A stretch of 64,000 bases of DNA, from the NCBI GenBank assembly GCA_947478465.1, contig CANJWH010000008.1:4008-68007 (forward strand). The letters are read 5' to 3'. The position numbers and the translations under genes are program-made. How positions within the stretch are numbered: the first letter of the stretch is position 1; every line of letters starts with the position of its first letter. The DNA comes from Bacteroidota bacterium. GTDB lineage: Bacteria; Bacteroidota; Bacteroidia; SXHM01. Below are positions 1-8,897 of the stretch, one piece after another. The notes beneath the pieces were generated by a model. The model searched no databases. It saw only the letters and a program-made list of their open reading frames with translations, and had not been told where the DNA came from.

Positions 1-722
1 AATGATAAATCCTGTTCAAACAATTCCACTTTATTTTTCCATTCAGGATTGTTTTTGTCGTGATAACAAATTACAAAACGAGCATCCTTATGGGTGAAAT
101 AAACATTGGTAACAATACGAATATCATTACTAATGTTGGGTGGTGAGAAGTGAATAATACTTTGGTCAAAAATCGCTGCCTGCCCTGCTTTCAGATAATA
201 CGGAGTCATATAATCTTTAATTTCTTCCTGAATTCCGTCATAAAATCCACGAAGTGTATGTCCGCGATAAGTAGGAAAAAAACGGTGGCTTCCTGGGAGA
301 ATGTATAACACTCCATTGTTTTCAGTTAGGTCAGTAAGTGGCGTCCAGATATTCATGCCGGTAAACTCGGTTTCATCTACCAAAGTCATATCCTGATGCA
401 CATGTAGATAACTTTCTTCGCCAGGTGATTTTACGATAAAACTTCCGTTGATAATCTGATAATCTGTAAATAATTCTTCAAACCGTTTGTGTCCTATTCT
501 TTTTAATTCTTTGTCTGTTGTGTCACGGTAATTTTTGTCTTTAGAAAATGTAGAAGGAAAAAAACCTTTCTCATCTTTTGGATGCATCCGGTGATACAAT
601 TCTTCGGCTTCACGTATTTCATCAGGTGTATAAAAATCAACTACAACAAAACCTTCACGCTCGAAATCCTCCTGCAGTTGAGGGTTTTTAAACACACGTT
701 TCATCCTTGCAAATTCAAACAT
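1..722 (-). CDS. PhyH-family Fe(II)/2-oxoglutarate dioxygenase (partial; C-terminus lies beyond the window start)
   Basis: Absent from the ORF track because there is no stop in the window. My reverse-strand translation from the ATG at 722..720 gives MFEFARMKRVFKNPQLQEDFEREGFVVVDF...SYLHVHQDMTLVDETEF...LPGSHRF...QSIIHFSPPN and stays open to position 1. The HxD, GSH and distal His motifs and the N-terminal FxREGF motif match the PhyH modules at 732..3555. Confidence 0.75.
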   Translation of the reverse strand, partial: MFEFARMKRVFKNPQLQEDFEREGFVVVDFYTPDEIREAEELYHRMHPKDEKGFFPSTFSKDKNYRDTTDKELKRIGHKRFEELFTDYQIINGSFIVKSPGEESYLHVHQDMTLVDETEFTGMNIWTPLTDLTENNGVLYILPGSHRFFPTYRGHTLRGFYDGIQEEIKDYMTPYYLKAGQAAIFDQSIIHFSPPNISNDIRIVTNVYFTHKDARFVICYHDKNNPEWKNKVELFEQDLS

Positions 723-731
723 GACTTCTTT

Positions 732-2621
732 TTAATTTCCTGTTACACGAAATTTTATTTCACGCAAAATGTTGATAGGTGTATAAACTTTCCAAAACGA
801 TTCTTTTGGTTGGGTGGGTTCATTTCCCACTTCCACCAGTTCTTCTACTACCGGTTCAGGATGTTTAGCACTTCCATCCATGTTAAAGTTAAACAACTTT
901 GCCATGTGCTCACATAACTCTACATTAAAGGTATTTCCGGCTTCTTTAATTTTAGCCAACAATTCATCTGATGTTGGGTTTGGAAAAATATACGGCAACT
1001 CTTCTGCTATTTCATACCCGGTAATTGCTTCGCCCTTATCATACATCTTCGACAATTTTGAATTATCGTATTTCAGCAAAAATGCATCGTCAATTTTGTA
1101 TTTCAGTAATGTATCTTTCTTACCGTTCTGTTTTAGCGTAAAATGATAAAGCTCTGAATCTGCCTGTGTAAATCCCAAACCGATTGCAATGCGCGGATCA
1201 TCCGTTGTATTGGGCGTTGATGCATGAAATGTGCGGTGATCAAAAATCAATGCTTCGCCCGGTTGCATTTCATACATTTCAAGGTAAGGAAAAATGGAAA
1301 ATAAATGATTCATCAAAGGCGTTGGAACTTGCGGTGATGGTGATGGTCGCGTGTTTTTATAAATCAGGTGACTTCCTTTAATCACGCCCATGTATCCATT
1401 TTGCATGTTGGTTGGCACAAGCGAAATCCAACAGGTAACAGAATAATTCTCTCCTTCATTATCCACAAAAGTCCAATCTTGATGTGGCGGAACAACTCCT
1501 TGCGGATTTTTTTCTTTTACAACATAGCTGCCTGCGATAACCTTTGCATTTTCAAAATGGGGTAGAGCTTTAGGCAATGCCACTTCAAATATTTTCTTGC
1601 GAATACGTGCCACTTTTTCCTTGTCATCATCTTCCATGCTCATATTGAATCCATAGCCTGAATGGTCGCGCAGGTTTTGTTCGTTGAAATAATCCAGCAA
1701 TTGTTTTACATCAGTTGCATCTAGCATGGGAATTCGAGCGTAGCCATTTTTGCTGAAGAAACTCTGCACTTCAGGATCTTTAAAAAGTTGTTTCATTTTA
1801 ATTGGATTTTTCTCTTGATATTTTTTTATCGCTTTGTTCAGTTCTGCTTTTGTCAGCGGCTGCCAAGCGTAATCAAACTCGTCAGTTCTTTTTGCATTTA
1901 CAGGAGCTTTTCCTATTTCGTTGTAGGTAATGAAGAAATCATCAGCCGTTGCATATTTTTCAACTTTGCCGCTTTCGTTTTTATGATAAAAAATAAGTTC
2001 TGCCTCCTGTGGCACCAAACCGAAAGTGGCAATTACTCTGTCTTTGCTGCTAAGGTTTGGAGGAGAAGCATGAAGCAGAGCGTGACTGAAAATAACCGCT
2101 TCGCCCGCTTTCACTTTCACCCACTTCATCTTCATGTAAATATCATTATTCAATTGCTGGAAAGCTCCAGGCAAAGTAGGGCTGCGCAATACATCAGAGA
2201 ATTTATGACTTCCGGGCAACACGCGCATTGCCCCGTTTTTTTCATCAACATCAGTAAGCGGAATCCAAATGGTAACGGATTGAAATTTTGATTCGTCAAC
2301 GATTGTCCAGTCCTGATGCACAGGCATAAAACTCTCTTGTCCCGGAGTTTTGCAAAGAAAACTGCTGCCTAATTTTCTGAAATTCTGAAAATGATTTTGC
2401 ACTGAACTGTCAAGCATAGCAACAATTTCTTCGCTTGTTTTCTTCTTTAACTCAATGTCAGGATTATAAATAGTTGAAGAGAAACCTTTCATGGAAACAG
2501 GTTGAATTTTGCGGTATAACTCAGAAAGCAAATCAACTTTATCCGAATCAATTAAACGCAGCGTTAGATAGCCATCGCGGTCAAATTGTTTTTGTAATGC
2601 TTCGTCTTTAAAAATATTCAT
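732..2621 (-). CDS. Didomain PhyH-family dioxygenase (two complete phytanoyl-CoA-dioxygenase-like modules fused)
   Basis: 629 aa. N-terminal module: MPVHQDWTIVDE...LPGSHKF...FSHALLHASPPN. C-terminal module, restarting near residue 285 with MKQLFKDPEVQSFFSKNGY: PPHQDWTFVDNE...IKGSHL...FDHRTFHASTPN. Each module has its own HxD...H iron triad. Confidence 0.8.
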   Translation of the reverse strand: MNIFKDEALQKQFDRDGYLTLRLIDSDKVDLLSELYRKIQPVSMKGFSSTIYNPDIELKKKTSEEIVAMLDSSVQNHFQNFRKLGSSFLCKTPGQESFMPVHQDWTIVDESKFQSVTIWIPLTDVDEKNGAMRVLPGSHKFSDVLRSPTLPGAFQQLNNDIYMKMKWVKVKAGEAVIFSHALLHASPPNLSSKDRVIATFGLVPQEAELIFYHKNESGKVEKYATADDFFITYNEIGKAPVNAKRTDEFDYAWQPLTKAELNKAIKKYQEKNPIKMKQLFKDPEVQSFFSKNGYARIPMLDATDVKQLLDYFNEQNLRDHSGYGFNMSMEDDDKEKVARIRKKIFEVALPKALPHFENAKVIAGSYVVKEKNPQGVVPPHQDWTFVDNEGENYSVTCWISLVPTNMQNGYMGVIKGSHLIYKNTRPSPSPQVPTPLMNHLFSIFPYLEMYEMQPGEALIFDHRTFHASTPNTTDDPRIAIGLGFTQADSELYHFTLKQNGKKDTLLKYKIDDAFLLKYDNSKLSKMYDKGEAITGYEIAEELPYIFPNPTSDELLAKIKEAGNTFNVELCEHMAKLFNFNMDGSAKHPEPVVEELVEVGNEPTQPKESFWKVYTPINILREIKFRVTGN

Positions 2622-2625
2622 GGCA

Positions 2626-3555
2626 CTAATTTTCGCCTACCAACGCTGCTTTAATTTTTTGAAAAATATTTTTTTCTTCTTTTATGTCAAACCGTTTCCC
2701 ATATAAACGGGAAGCAAAAGAATCCTCATCTAAATCCTTGTGACGATAATCTACTTTTCCAATTGATTTTACATTAGTAGGAAACTGCCAGGGATTAAAC
2801 TGAAAATAAAATTCTTTGTCAACTTCCAAAATATCTACTTTTCCATCATTAGCTGATGGATTTTTGTAATAATGCCATGATGGAAGTTCTTCGGGAATAC
2901 AAATTAACTGAATTGCTAACCTTAAATCCTTAGTTTTATTGGGTGCCGAATAATGCACAATGCTATCATCTAATATTACTGCTTTACCAACCGGAATTTC
3001 AATTGGCTTCATATATTTGTTTATGATTGGAGCCTTTATATTTTCTAATTCCCAGGGAACCATTGGACCTCTTATTTCACCAAAACGCTTATGACTTCCT
3101 GGCACTACCTGCAAGGTTCCGTTAGCAATAGTAGCATCTACCAAAGGACACCAGATGGAAACGGTACAACATTTCTTTTCATCTGCAAACGACCAGTTCT
3201 GATGTAATGGAACTTCGCCTCCTTTCTCAGTAGTTTTGCGGATGTAGTTAGCAATAATCGGTTTGTAGTTATTCAGAAGTTCATTCATTTTTGCATTGAA
3301 CATTTCTGTTATTATACCAAAAACCAATTTTTTGTATTCCGGGTTTTTATCAATGAAGGTAAAGTCATACGTTATTTCATCCGGCATATCAAAACCCGTT
3401 TCAGGAGCTGTAATTTGCCCTCCACTTGATGGTAGTGTATCAAAGAATTTTTGCTTTAAAATCGCGACATCTTCTTTAGAAATAAAATCAACAACAACAA
3501 ATCCTTCGCGTTGAAATTCTGCTTCTAATTCAAGGTTATTAAGAACTGGTCTCAT
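2626..3555 (-). CDS. PhyH-like dioxygenase paralog with HxN in place of the HxD iron-binding motif
   Basis: 309 aa. MRPVLNNLELEAEFQREGFVVVDF...VPLHQNWSFADE...VPGSHKRF...DDSIVHYSAPNK. It is collinear with the neighbouring PhyH modules. Only 4 nt separate it from the next gene. Confidence 0.75.
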   Translation of the reverse strand: MRPVLNNLELEAEFQREGFVVVDFISKEDVAILKQKFFDTLPSSGGQITAPETGFDMPDEITYDFTFIDKNPEYKKLVFGIITEMFNAKMNELLNNYKPIIANYIRKTTEKGGEVPLHQNWSFADEKKCCTVSIWCPLVDATIANGTLQVVPGSHKRFGEIRGPMVPWELENIKAPIINKYMKPIEIPVGKAVILDDSIVHYSAPNKTKDLRLAIQLICIPEELPSWHYYKNPSANDGKVDILEVDKEFYFQFNPWQFPTNVKSIGKVDYRHKDLDEDSFASRLYGKRFDIKEEKNIFQKIKAALVGEN

Positions 3556-3619
3556 GGTGATTTTTTAACAAAGTAAGCTAATAAAACAGTAGCAGCGAAA
3601 TGATTTTTATCATTCTAAA

Positions 3620-4450
3620 TTAGATATTATCCGCAATACTGTCTTCTGTTCTTATGAAATAAATTAGTGATATTATTAATAATACAAAAGATAGTAATAC
3701 TGAAATAAGATAATAGGGATTAAAAACTTCCTGTATGCCAATGCTCCACCTGAATAGTTCTATAAATCCTGCCATTGGATTAAGATAGATAAGATTTGAA
3801 AACTTTTCAGGAATAATGCTTACAGGATAAAAAACAGGCGTAAACCAAATTCCGAAATTAATTAAAAAAGGGATGATGTGATTCAAATCCCTGTTTTTTA
3901 TTGTGGCTGCACTAAGTATGAGCATAACAGCAGTTGAAAATACAATTGTGATTGCAACTATTAGCGGACTGAAAATTATTTGCCACCCGATATTTATCTG
4001 AAAAAAAATTAACAGACAGATTAATAAAACCAAGGTTACTCCAAACTCAACCAAAGCCACCAGCACTTTAGACAACGGCAAAATTATTTTCGGAAAATAC
4101 AACTTACGGATTAAATCCTGATTATTAGTTAAGCTTGTGCTTCCTTGCGAAAAAATATAATTAAAAAGGTTCCATAGCAATACACCGCTTAAAACAAATA
4201 ATACATACGGGTAGTCATTCTTGACCTCGAGAAGCACTGAAAAAAATAGGCTAAAAACAATAACTGCTGTTACAGGTTGAACAATAGTCCAAGCCAAACC
4301 TAAATACGTTTGCGCGTATTTTACTTTTAAATCGCGTTTGGCGAGTGTTAGAATTAATGCTCTGTGCTGCACTACTTTTTTAAAATAATCCGCTAACGAA
4401 TCCTGTTCGGAACTGATAATCCTGGTAGGCAGGATTTTAATTTCTTCCAT
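3620..4450 (-). CDS. ABC-2 type exporter permease (Wzm/TagG/KpsM-like polysaccharide or glycolipid export)
   Basis: 276 aa. The cytoplasmic N-terminus carries RDLKVKYAQTYLGLAWTIVQP, typical of ABC-2 permeases, followed by about 6 hydrophobic spans. It is the first gene of the minus-strand operon. Confidence 0.8.
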   Translation of the reverse strand: MEEIKILPTRIISSEQDSLADYFKKVVQHRALILTLAKRDLKVKYAQTYLGLAWTIVQPVTAVIVFSLFFSVLLEVKNDYPYVLFVLSGVLLWNLFNYIFSQGSTSLTNNQDLIRKLYFPKIILPLSKVLVALVEFGVTLVLLICLLIFFQINIGWQIIFSPLIVAITIVFSTAVMLILSAATIKNRDLNHIIPFLINFGIWFTPVFYPVSIIPEKFSNLIYLNPMAGFIELFRWSIGIQEVFNPYYLISVLLSFVLLIISLIYFIRTEDSIADNI

Positions 4451-4480
4451 GTGGCAAAATTAGCATTTATAAAGGTACTT

Positions 4481-4504
4481 CAGATACCGTAAAAGTGGTA
4501 TCTG
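4481..4504. promoter_or_regulatory. Perfect 8-bp inverted repeat CAGATACC-N8-GGTATCTG in the divergent promoter region
   Basis: Read directly. It lies between the exporter/PhyH operon (-) and the thiolase gene (+). Operator candidate only. Confidence 0.3.
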
Positions 4505-4593
4505 AACAAGTGCAATCAATACTATTACAAACATAATTTTTTCTCGTTTGTTATAAATAGAGCAGGCTTATTCACCATTTTAATAATATAGCT

Positions 4594-4601
4594 TAGTTTT
4601 G
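4594..4601 (+). promoter_or_regulatory. Putative Bacteroidota -7 box (TAGTTTTG, consensus TAnnTTTG) for the beta-oxidation genes
   Basis: Motif lies 29 nt upstream of the ATG at 4630. Confidence 0.35.
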
Positions 4602-4629
4602 CCTCTTAAACATAACCATAATTTTAATC

Positions 4630-5910
4630 ATGAAAAAAGTAGTTGTCATTGACGGAACCCGCACCCCATTTCTGAAAAGCGGAACAGACTATATGGATTT
4701 ATTGTCATACCAGTTGGGGCAATATGCCATTTCTGGCTTACTGAAAAAAACAGGTGTTGACCCTAAGTCGGTTGACCGTGTTATTATGGGAACTGTTATC
4801 TCAAACGTGAAAACCAGTAATGTGGCACGCGAAGCTGCTTTGACAGCCGGAATTCCTTATACAACACCTTGCAGCACAGTTACACAGGCTTGCATTTCTG
4901 CTAACCAGGCAATTTCAAGCGGTGTGGAACAAATTATGGCGGGGCAAGCCGATATTGTAATTGCAGGCGGTACAGATTGCACTTCCGATGCTCCTATTTT
5001 ATTCAATAAGCCCATGCGCAAAAAACTATTCAATGCGCAAAAACTCAAAGGTTTTGGCGATACACTGAAATTCATTTTTTCTTTGCGATTGAAAGATTTT
5101 GTGCCCGATGCACCAGCTATTGCAGAATATACTACAGGAAAAACTATGGGTGTTGACTGCGATATTCTTGCAGCAAAATATTCTGTCCCGCGCGAAGACC
5201 AGGATAAATTTGCATTGCGTTCTCACACTCTTGCTCAAAAAGCAATTGACGATGGTATTTTAGGACAAGAAATTACTGAGGTTGCATTGCCTCCAAAGTT
5301 TGCTGCCATAAAACAAGATAATGGAGTTCGTGTAGGTAAATATGAAAAGCTTGCCTCTCTGAAACCTGCATTTGTAAAGCCACACGGAACTCTGACTGCA
5401 GCCAATTCGTCTTTTCTGACTGATGGCGCTGCTGTTGTATTATTAATGAGCGAAGAAAAAGCAAAAGAACTTGGACTAAAACCCAAAGCTTATATCCATA
5501 ATTACACGTTTACAGGCTCAGATTTAAAGGAAGAGCTTTTATTAGGTCCTGCTTATGCTATTTCAAAAGTATTGAAACGCGCCAATCTTGAACTGAAAGA
5601 CATGGACGTTGTTGAATTGCACGAAGCATTTGCCGGTCAGGTTCTTGCAAATATTAAATGTTTGGCTTCGGATGAATTTGCAAAAGAAAAATTGGGCAGA
5701 GATAAAGCTGTTGGGCAAGTGAACATGGACAAACTAAATATTCATGGAGGCTCATTGGCTATCGGGCATCCTTTTGGTGCAACAGGCGCACGTTTAGTAA
5801 CAACAGTTGCCAACCGCCTGCAACGTGAAAACGGAAAGTACGGAATATTAGCTGCCTGCGCTGCAGGTGCCCACGGCCATGCAATGATTTTGGAACGTTA
5901 CCCCAACTAA
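4630..5910 (+). CDS. fadA: Acetyl-CoA C-acyltransferase (3-ketoacyl-CoA thiolase)
   Basis: 426 aa. Thiolase signatures are present: nucleophile region VTQACISANQAI, NIHGGSLAIGHPFGATGAR, and C-terminal ACAAGAHGHAMILE. Confidence 0.9.
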   Translation: MKKVVVIDGTRTPFLKSGTDYMDLLSYQLGQYAISGLLKKTGVDPKSVDRVIMGTVISNVKTSNVAREAALTAGIPYTTPCSTVTQACISANQAISSGVEQIMAGQADIVIAGGTDCTSDAPILFNKPMRKKLFNAQKLKGFGDTLKFIFSLRLKDFVPDAPAIAEYTTGKTMGVDCDILAAKYSVPREDQDKFALRSHTLAQKAIDDGILGQEITEVALPPKFAAIKQDNGVRVGKYEKLASLKPAFVKPHGTLTAANSSFLTDGAAVVLLMSEEKAKELGLKPKAYIHNYTFTGSDLKEELLLGPAYAISKVLKRANLELKDMDVVELHEAFAGQVLANIKCLASDEFAKEKLGRDKAVGQVNMDKLNIHGGSLAIGHPFGATGARLVTTVANRLQRENGKYGILAACAAGAHGHAMILERYPN

Positions 5911-5928
5911 AAGACCTCCTATTGATTT

Positions 5929-8058
5929 ATGAAAAACCAATACGCAGAAATTGAAAAACGTGGCGACATTGCCATTCTTTGGCTTGACCAGCAGGGTGAA
6001 AAAATAAACAAGATTTCTCCCGAACTCATTGATGTTTTTACCAAACTTTTTGAAGAAGTTGATAATGACCCATCAGTAAAAGCAGCCATATTAATCAGCC
6101 GCAAAAAAGATTTTATCGCGGGAGCAGATATTGAAGCATTTCAGAAAGTGAAAAAGCCGGGTGACTTTGCACCTGTAACCCGCAAAGGCCACGAAGGCTT
6201 AGCGAAAATTGCTAAATCTAAAAAGCCAGTGGTAGCTGCTATTCATGGTGCGTGTTTAGGTGCAGGATTGGAAATTGCACTGGCTTGTCACGCGCGCATT
6301 TGCGCAGATGAAGGAACAACACTTGCGCTTCCCGAAGTGCAGCTTGGCTTGCTTCCAGGTGGTGGTGGAACGCAACGTTTGCCTCGTTTGGTGGGCATTC
6401 AAAAAGCATTGGACATGATGCTTACAGGCAAAACCATTTATGCGCGCCCTGCCCTGAAAATGGGTTTGGTTGACCGCATGACACAAAAATCGGAATTGCT
6501 GAATGGCGCGATTGCATTGGCTCAGGAACTGATTAAACGCCCTTTGGTTCGCAAGCGCAAAAAGACTTTAGTAGATAGATTGTTAGAAGACAACCCAATC
6601 GGGCGCAACCTTATTTTCAAGAAAGCAAAAGAGATGGTTGACCGCCAGACGCAGGGTAATTATCCTGCGCCTTACAAAATTCTGGAGTGTGTTCAGATTG
6701 GCATGAACCAAGGCGAAAAAGCAGGTTATGAAGCCGAAGTGATCAAATTTGAGCAGTTGGTTCTTTCACCCGAAAGTGCGCAGCTCATCAATATTTTCTT
6801 CGCCATGACCGAGATGAAAAAGAACCCGATGGCGGATAAAGTAAAACCTTTTAGCCGTGTTGGTATGCTGGGCGCAGGCTTTATGGGAGCGGGTATTGCG
6901 GAGGTTACAGCGGTTAAAGGTGTTCCCGTAATTCTTAAAGACATAAAGGATGAGTTTGTTGCCAACGGTAAAAAAACAATCTGGGATAATCTTTACAAAA
7001 AAGTGAAACGTAAAGCCATGAGCCGGACTCATGCCGACAGCATTATTGGGCGTGTTTGGGGACAAACGGATTTCACGGGCTTCCAACATTGCGACATTGT
7101 TATTGAAGCAGTGCTGGAAGATATTAAGGTAAAACAAAACGTGCTTGCCGATGTGGAAGCAAACACCAAAGACACTTGCATTTTTGCGTCCAACACTTCT
7201 TCTCTACCCATTACCCAGATTGCAAAACATGCAAAACGCCCCGAAAACGTTATTGGTATGCACTACTTCTCGCCTGTTCCAAAAATGCCGCTGCTTGAAA
7301 TTATTGTTACCGATAAAACGGCTGATTGGGTTACTGCAACGTGTCTGGAGTTGGGAATAAAACAAGGCAAAACCTGTATCGTGGTAAAAGACGGTCCGGG
7401 ATTTTATACCACCCGCATTCTTGCTCCTTACAGCAACGAAGCATTGTTGCTGCTTGACGAGGGTGCAGATGCTTTGCAGGTTGATAAAGCGTTGAAAAAA
7501 TTTGGTTTCCCTGTGGGACCAATAACGCTTATGGATGAAGTGGGCATTGATGTTGGCGCACATATTATGAAAGGCGAACTGACCACCGAATTTGCCATGA
7601 AACGCGAAGGCGCGAAAATATCACAAGGAATTGCACGTCTCTACGATGCCGGTTTCAAAGGCCGCAAAAACAAAAAAGGCTTTTATAAATATGACGAGAA
7701 AGGTAAAAAGCTGAGCGGACAAATTGACCCCGAAATGTATAACCATTTTGGCGGCCCTAACCGCAAAAAGTTTGACGATCTGGAGATACAACAACGCATG
7801 GCCATGCTGATGGTGAACGAAGCCGCGCAATGTTTGCAGGAAGGCATTCTTTCTTCTCCACGCGATGGTGATATTGGCGCTATTTTCGGGTTGGGCTTTG
7901 CACCTTTTACAGGCGGACCGTTCCGTTACCTTGATACCTTGGGCGCACAAAAAGCAGTAGATATTATGAATGCCCTAAAAGACAAACACGGCCTGCGCTT
8001 TAAACCAGCTGAGATTATTGTGGAGAAGGCGAAGAGCGGGAAGAAGTTTTACGAATAA
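5929..8058 (+). CDS. Multifunctional fatty-acid oxidation enzyme (enoyl-CoA hydratase / 3-hydroxyacyl-CoA dehydrogenase, FadB/FadJ type)
   Basis: 709 aa. N-terminal crotonase fold (AAIHGACLGAGLEIALACH) followed by an NAD-binding VGMLGAGFMGAGIA dehydrogenase domain. Starts 18 nt after the thiolase gene. Confidence 0.9.
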   Translation: MKNQYAEIEKRGDIAILWLDQQGEKINKISPELIDVFTKLFEEVDNDPSVKAAILISRKKDFIAGADIEAFQKVKKPGDFAPVTRKGHEGLAKIAKSKKPVVAAIHGACLGAGLEIALACHARICADEGTTLALPEVQLGLLPGGGGTQRLPRLVGIQKALDMMLTGKTIYARPALKMGLVDRMTQKSELLNGAIALAQELIKRPLVRKRKKTLVDRLLEDNPIGRNLIFKKAKEMVDRQTQGNYPAPYKILECVQIGMNQGEKAGYEAEVIKFEQLVLSPESAQLINIFFAMTEMKKNPMADKVKPFSRVGMLGAGFMGAGIAEVTAVKGVPVILKDIKDEFVANGKKTIWDNLYKKVKRKAMSRTHADSIIGRVWGQTDFTGFQHCDIVIEAVLEDIKVKQNVLADVEANTKDTCIFASNTSSLPITQIAKHAKRPENVIGMHYFSPVPKMPLLEIIVTDKTADWVTATCLELGIKQGKTCIVVKDGPGFYTTRILAPYSNEALLLLDEGADALQVDKALKKFGFPVGPITLMDEVGIDVGAHIMKGELTTEFAMKREGAKISQGIARLYDAGFKGRKNKKGFYKYDEKGKKLSGQIDPEMYNHFGGPNRKKFDDLEIQQRMAMLMVNEAAQCLQEGILSSPRDGDIGAIFGLGFAPFTGGPFRYLDTLGAQKAVDIMNALKDKHGLRFKPAEIIVEKAKSGKKFYE

Positions 8059-8073
8059 TCTTTAGGCTTTATC

Positions 8074-8865
8074 GTGCAATTTGTTGACCAACTCGGTCGA
8101 AATATTGAGATTGAGTTGAATGCTCAACTTAGAATTGTTTCCCTCGTGCCCTCACAAACCGAATTGCTGTTTGATTTAGATCTGGGTGAAGCAGTGGTGG
8201 GCATCACCAAATTCTGCATTCACCCTAAAGAAAAAGTTGGACAAAAAGAAAAAATTGGCGGCACTAAAAACCTGAACATCGAAAAAATACGCTCGCTAAC
8301 CCCAACACTAATCATTGCCAACAAAGAAGAAAACGAAAAAGAGCAGATAGAAGCACTGGCAAAAGATTTTCCGGTTTGGATTAGCGATATAACTGATTTA
8401 CATAGCGCATTGAAAATGATTGCTGTCGTTGGAGAAATGACGCAAAAAGAAAAAGAAGCACAAAAACTTAGCAACAATATTTCAAAAGCCTTTGCGTACT
8501 TAGCACCTTTACGAGAGACAAAAACTTCTGCCTACTTCATCTGGCAAAACCCTTTTATGGTTGCCGGCAAAAACACCTTTATCAACGATATGTTGCAAAA
8601 AGCAGGCTTCAAAAACTGTTTTGAAAATCTGAACGGGCATTATCCCGAAATAAGCTCACAGCAGTTGCAAAAGGCAAATCCCGAAGTAATACTTCTTTCG
8701 TCAGAGCCTTTTCCGTTTAAAGAAAAGCATGTGAAGGATTTCAAAAAAATATGTCCCACAGCTAAAATTATGTTGGTAGAAGGCGAACTGTTCTCGTGGT
8801 ATGGCTCGCGGTTATTAAACTCGCCCGTTTATTTCCAAAAACTAGCTGCAAGTTTGCAGTCCTGA
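8074..8865 (+). CDS. Periplasmic-binding-protein-fold protein (BtuF/TroA-like, cobalamin/metal-chelate binding family)
   Basis: 263 aa. RIVSLVPSQTELLFDLDLG..VVGIT and LIIANKEENEKEQIEAL resemble class III substrate-binding proteins. GTG start. I see no obvious signal peptide. Confidence 0.55.
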   Translation: MQFVDQLGRNIEIELNAQLRIVSLVPSQTELLFDLDLGEAVVGITKFCIHPKEKVGQKEKIGGTKNLNIEKIRSLTPTLIIANKEENEKEQIEALAKDFPVWISDITDLHSALKMIAVVGEMTQKEKEAQKLSNNISKAFAYLAPLRETKTSAYFIWQNPFMVAGKNTFINDMLQKAGFKNCFENLNGHYPEISSQQLQKANPEVILLSSEPFPFKEKHVKDFKKICPTAKIMLVEGELFSWYGSRLLNSPVYFQKLAASLQS

Positions 8866-8882
8866 AAGCCCTGCAAATTTTG

Positions 8883-8890
8883 TAGGTTTG
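8883..8890 (+). promoter_or_regulatory. Putative -7 box TAGGTTTG
   Basis: TAnnTTTG match just upstream of the GTG start at 8898, implying a very short leader. Confidence 0.25.
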
Positions 8891-8897
8891 TCCATCT

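Noticed and set aside
582-2291. Plus-strand ORFs (111, 110, 65, 65 and 167 aa) across the PhyH genes
   Set aside because: They are antisense to well-supported dioxygenase genes and have odd, Phe/Cys/Ile-rich composition with no motifs.
1-8058. PhyH genes and fadA/fadB-type genes acting together as one alpha- plus beta-oxidation pathway for branched-chain lipids
   Set aside because: This is attractive because PhyH is the alpha-oxidation hydroxylase. However, the oxygenases are co-operonic with an exporter permease on the opposite strand, and no 2-hydroxyacyl-CoA lyase or acyl-CoA ligase is visible. I kept it only as a low-weight possibility under the divergent-promoter finding.
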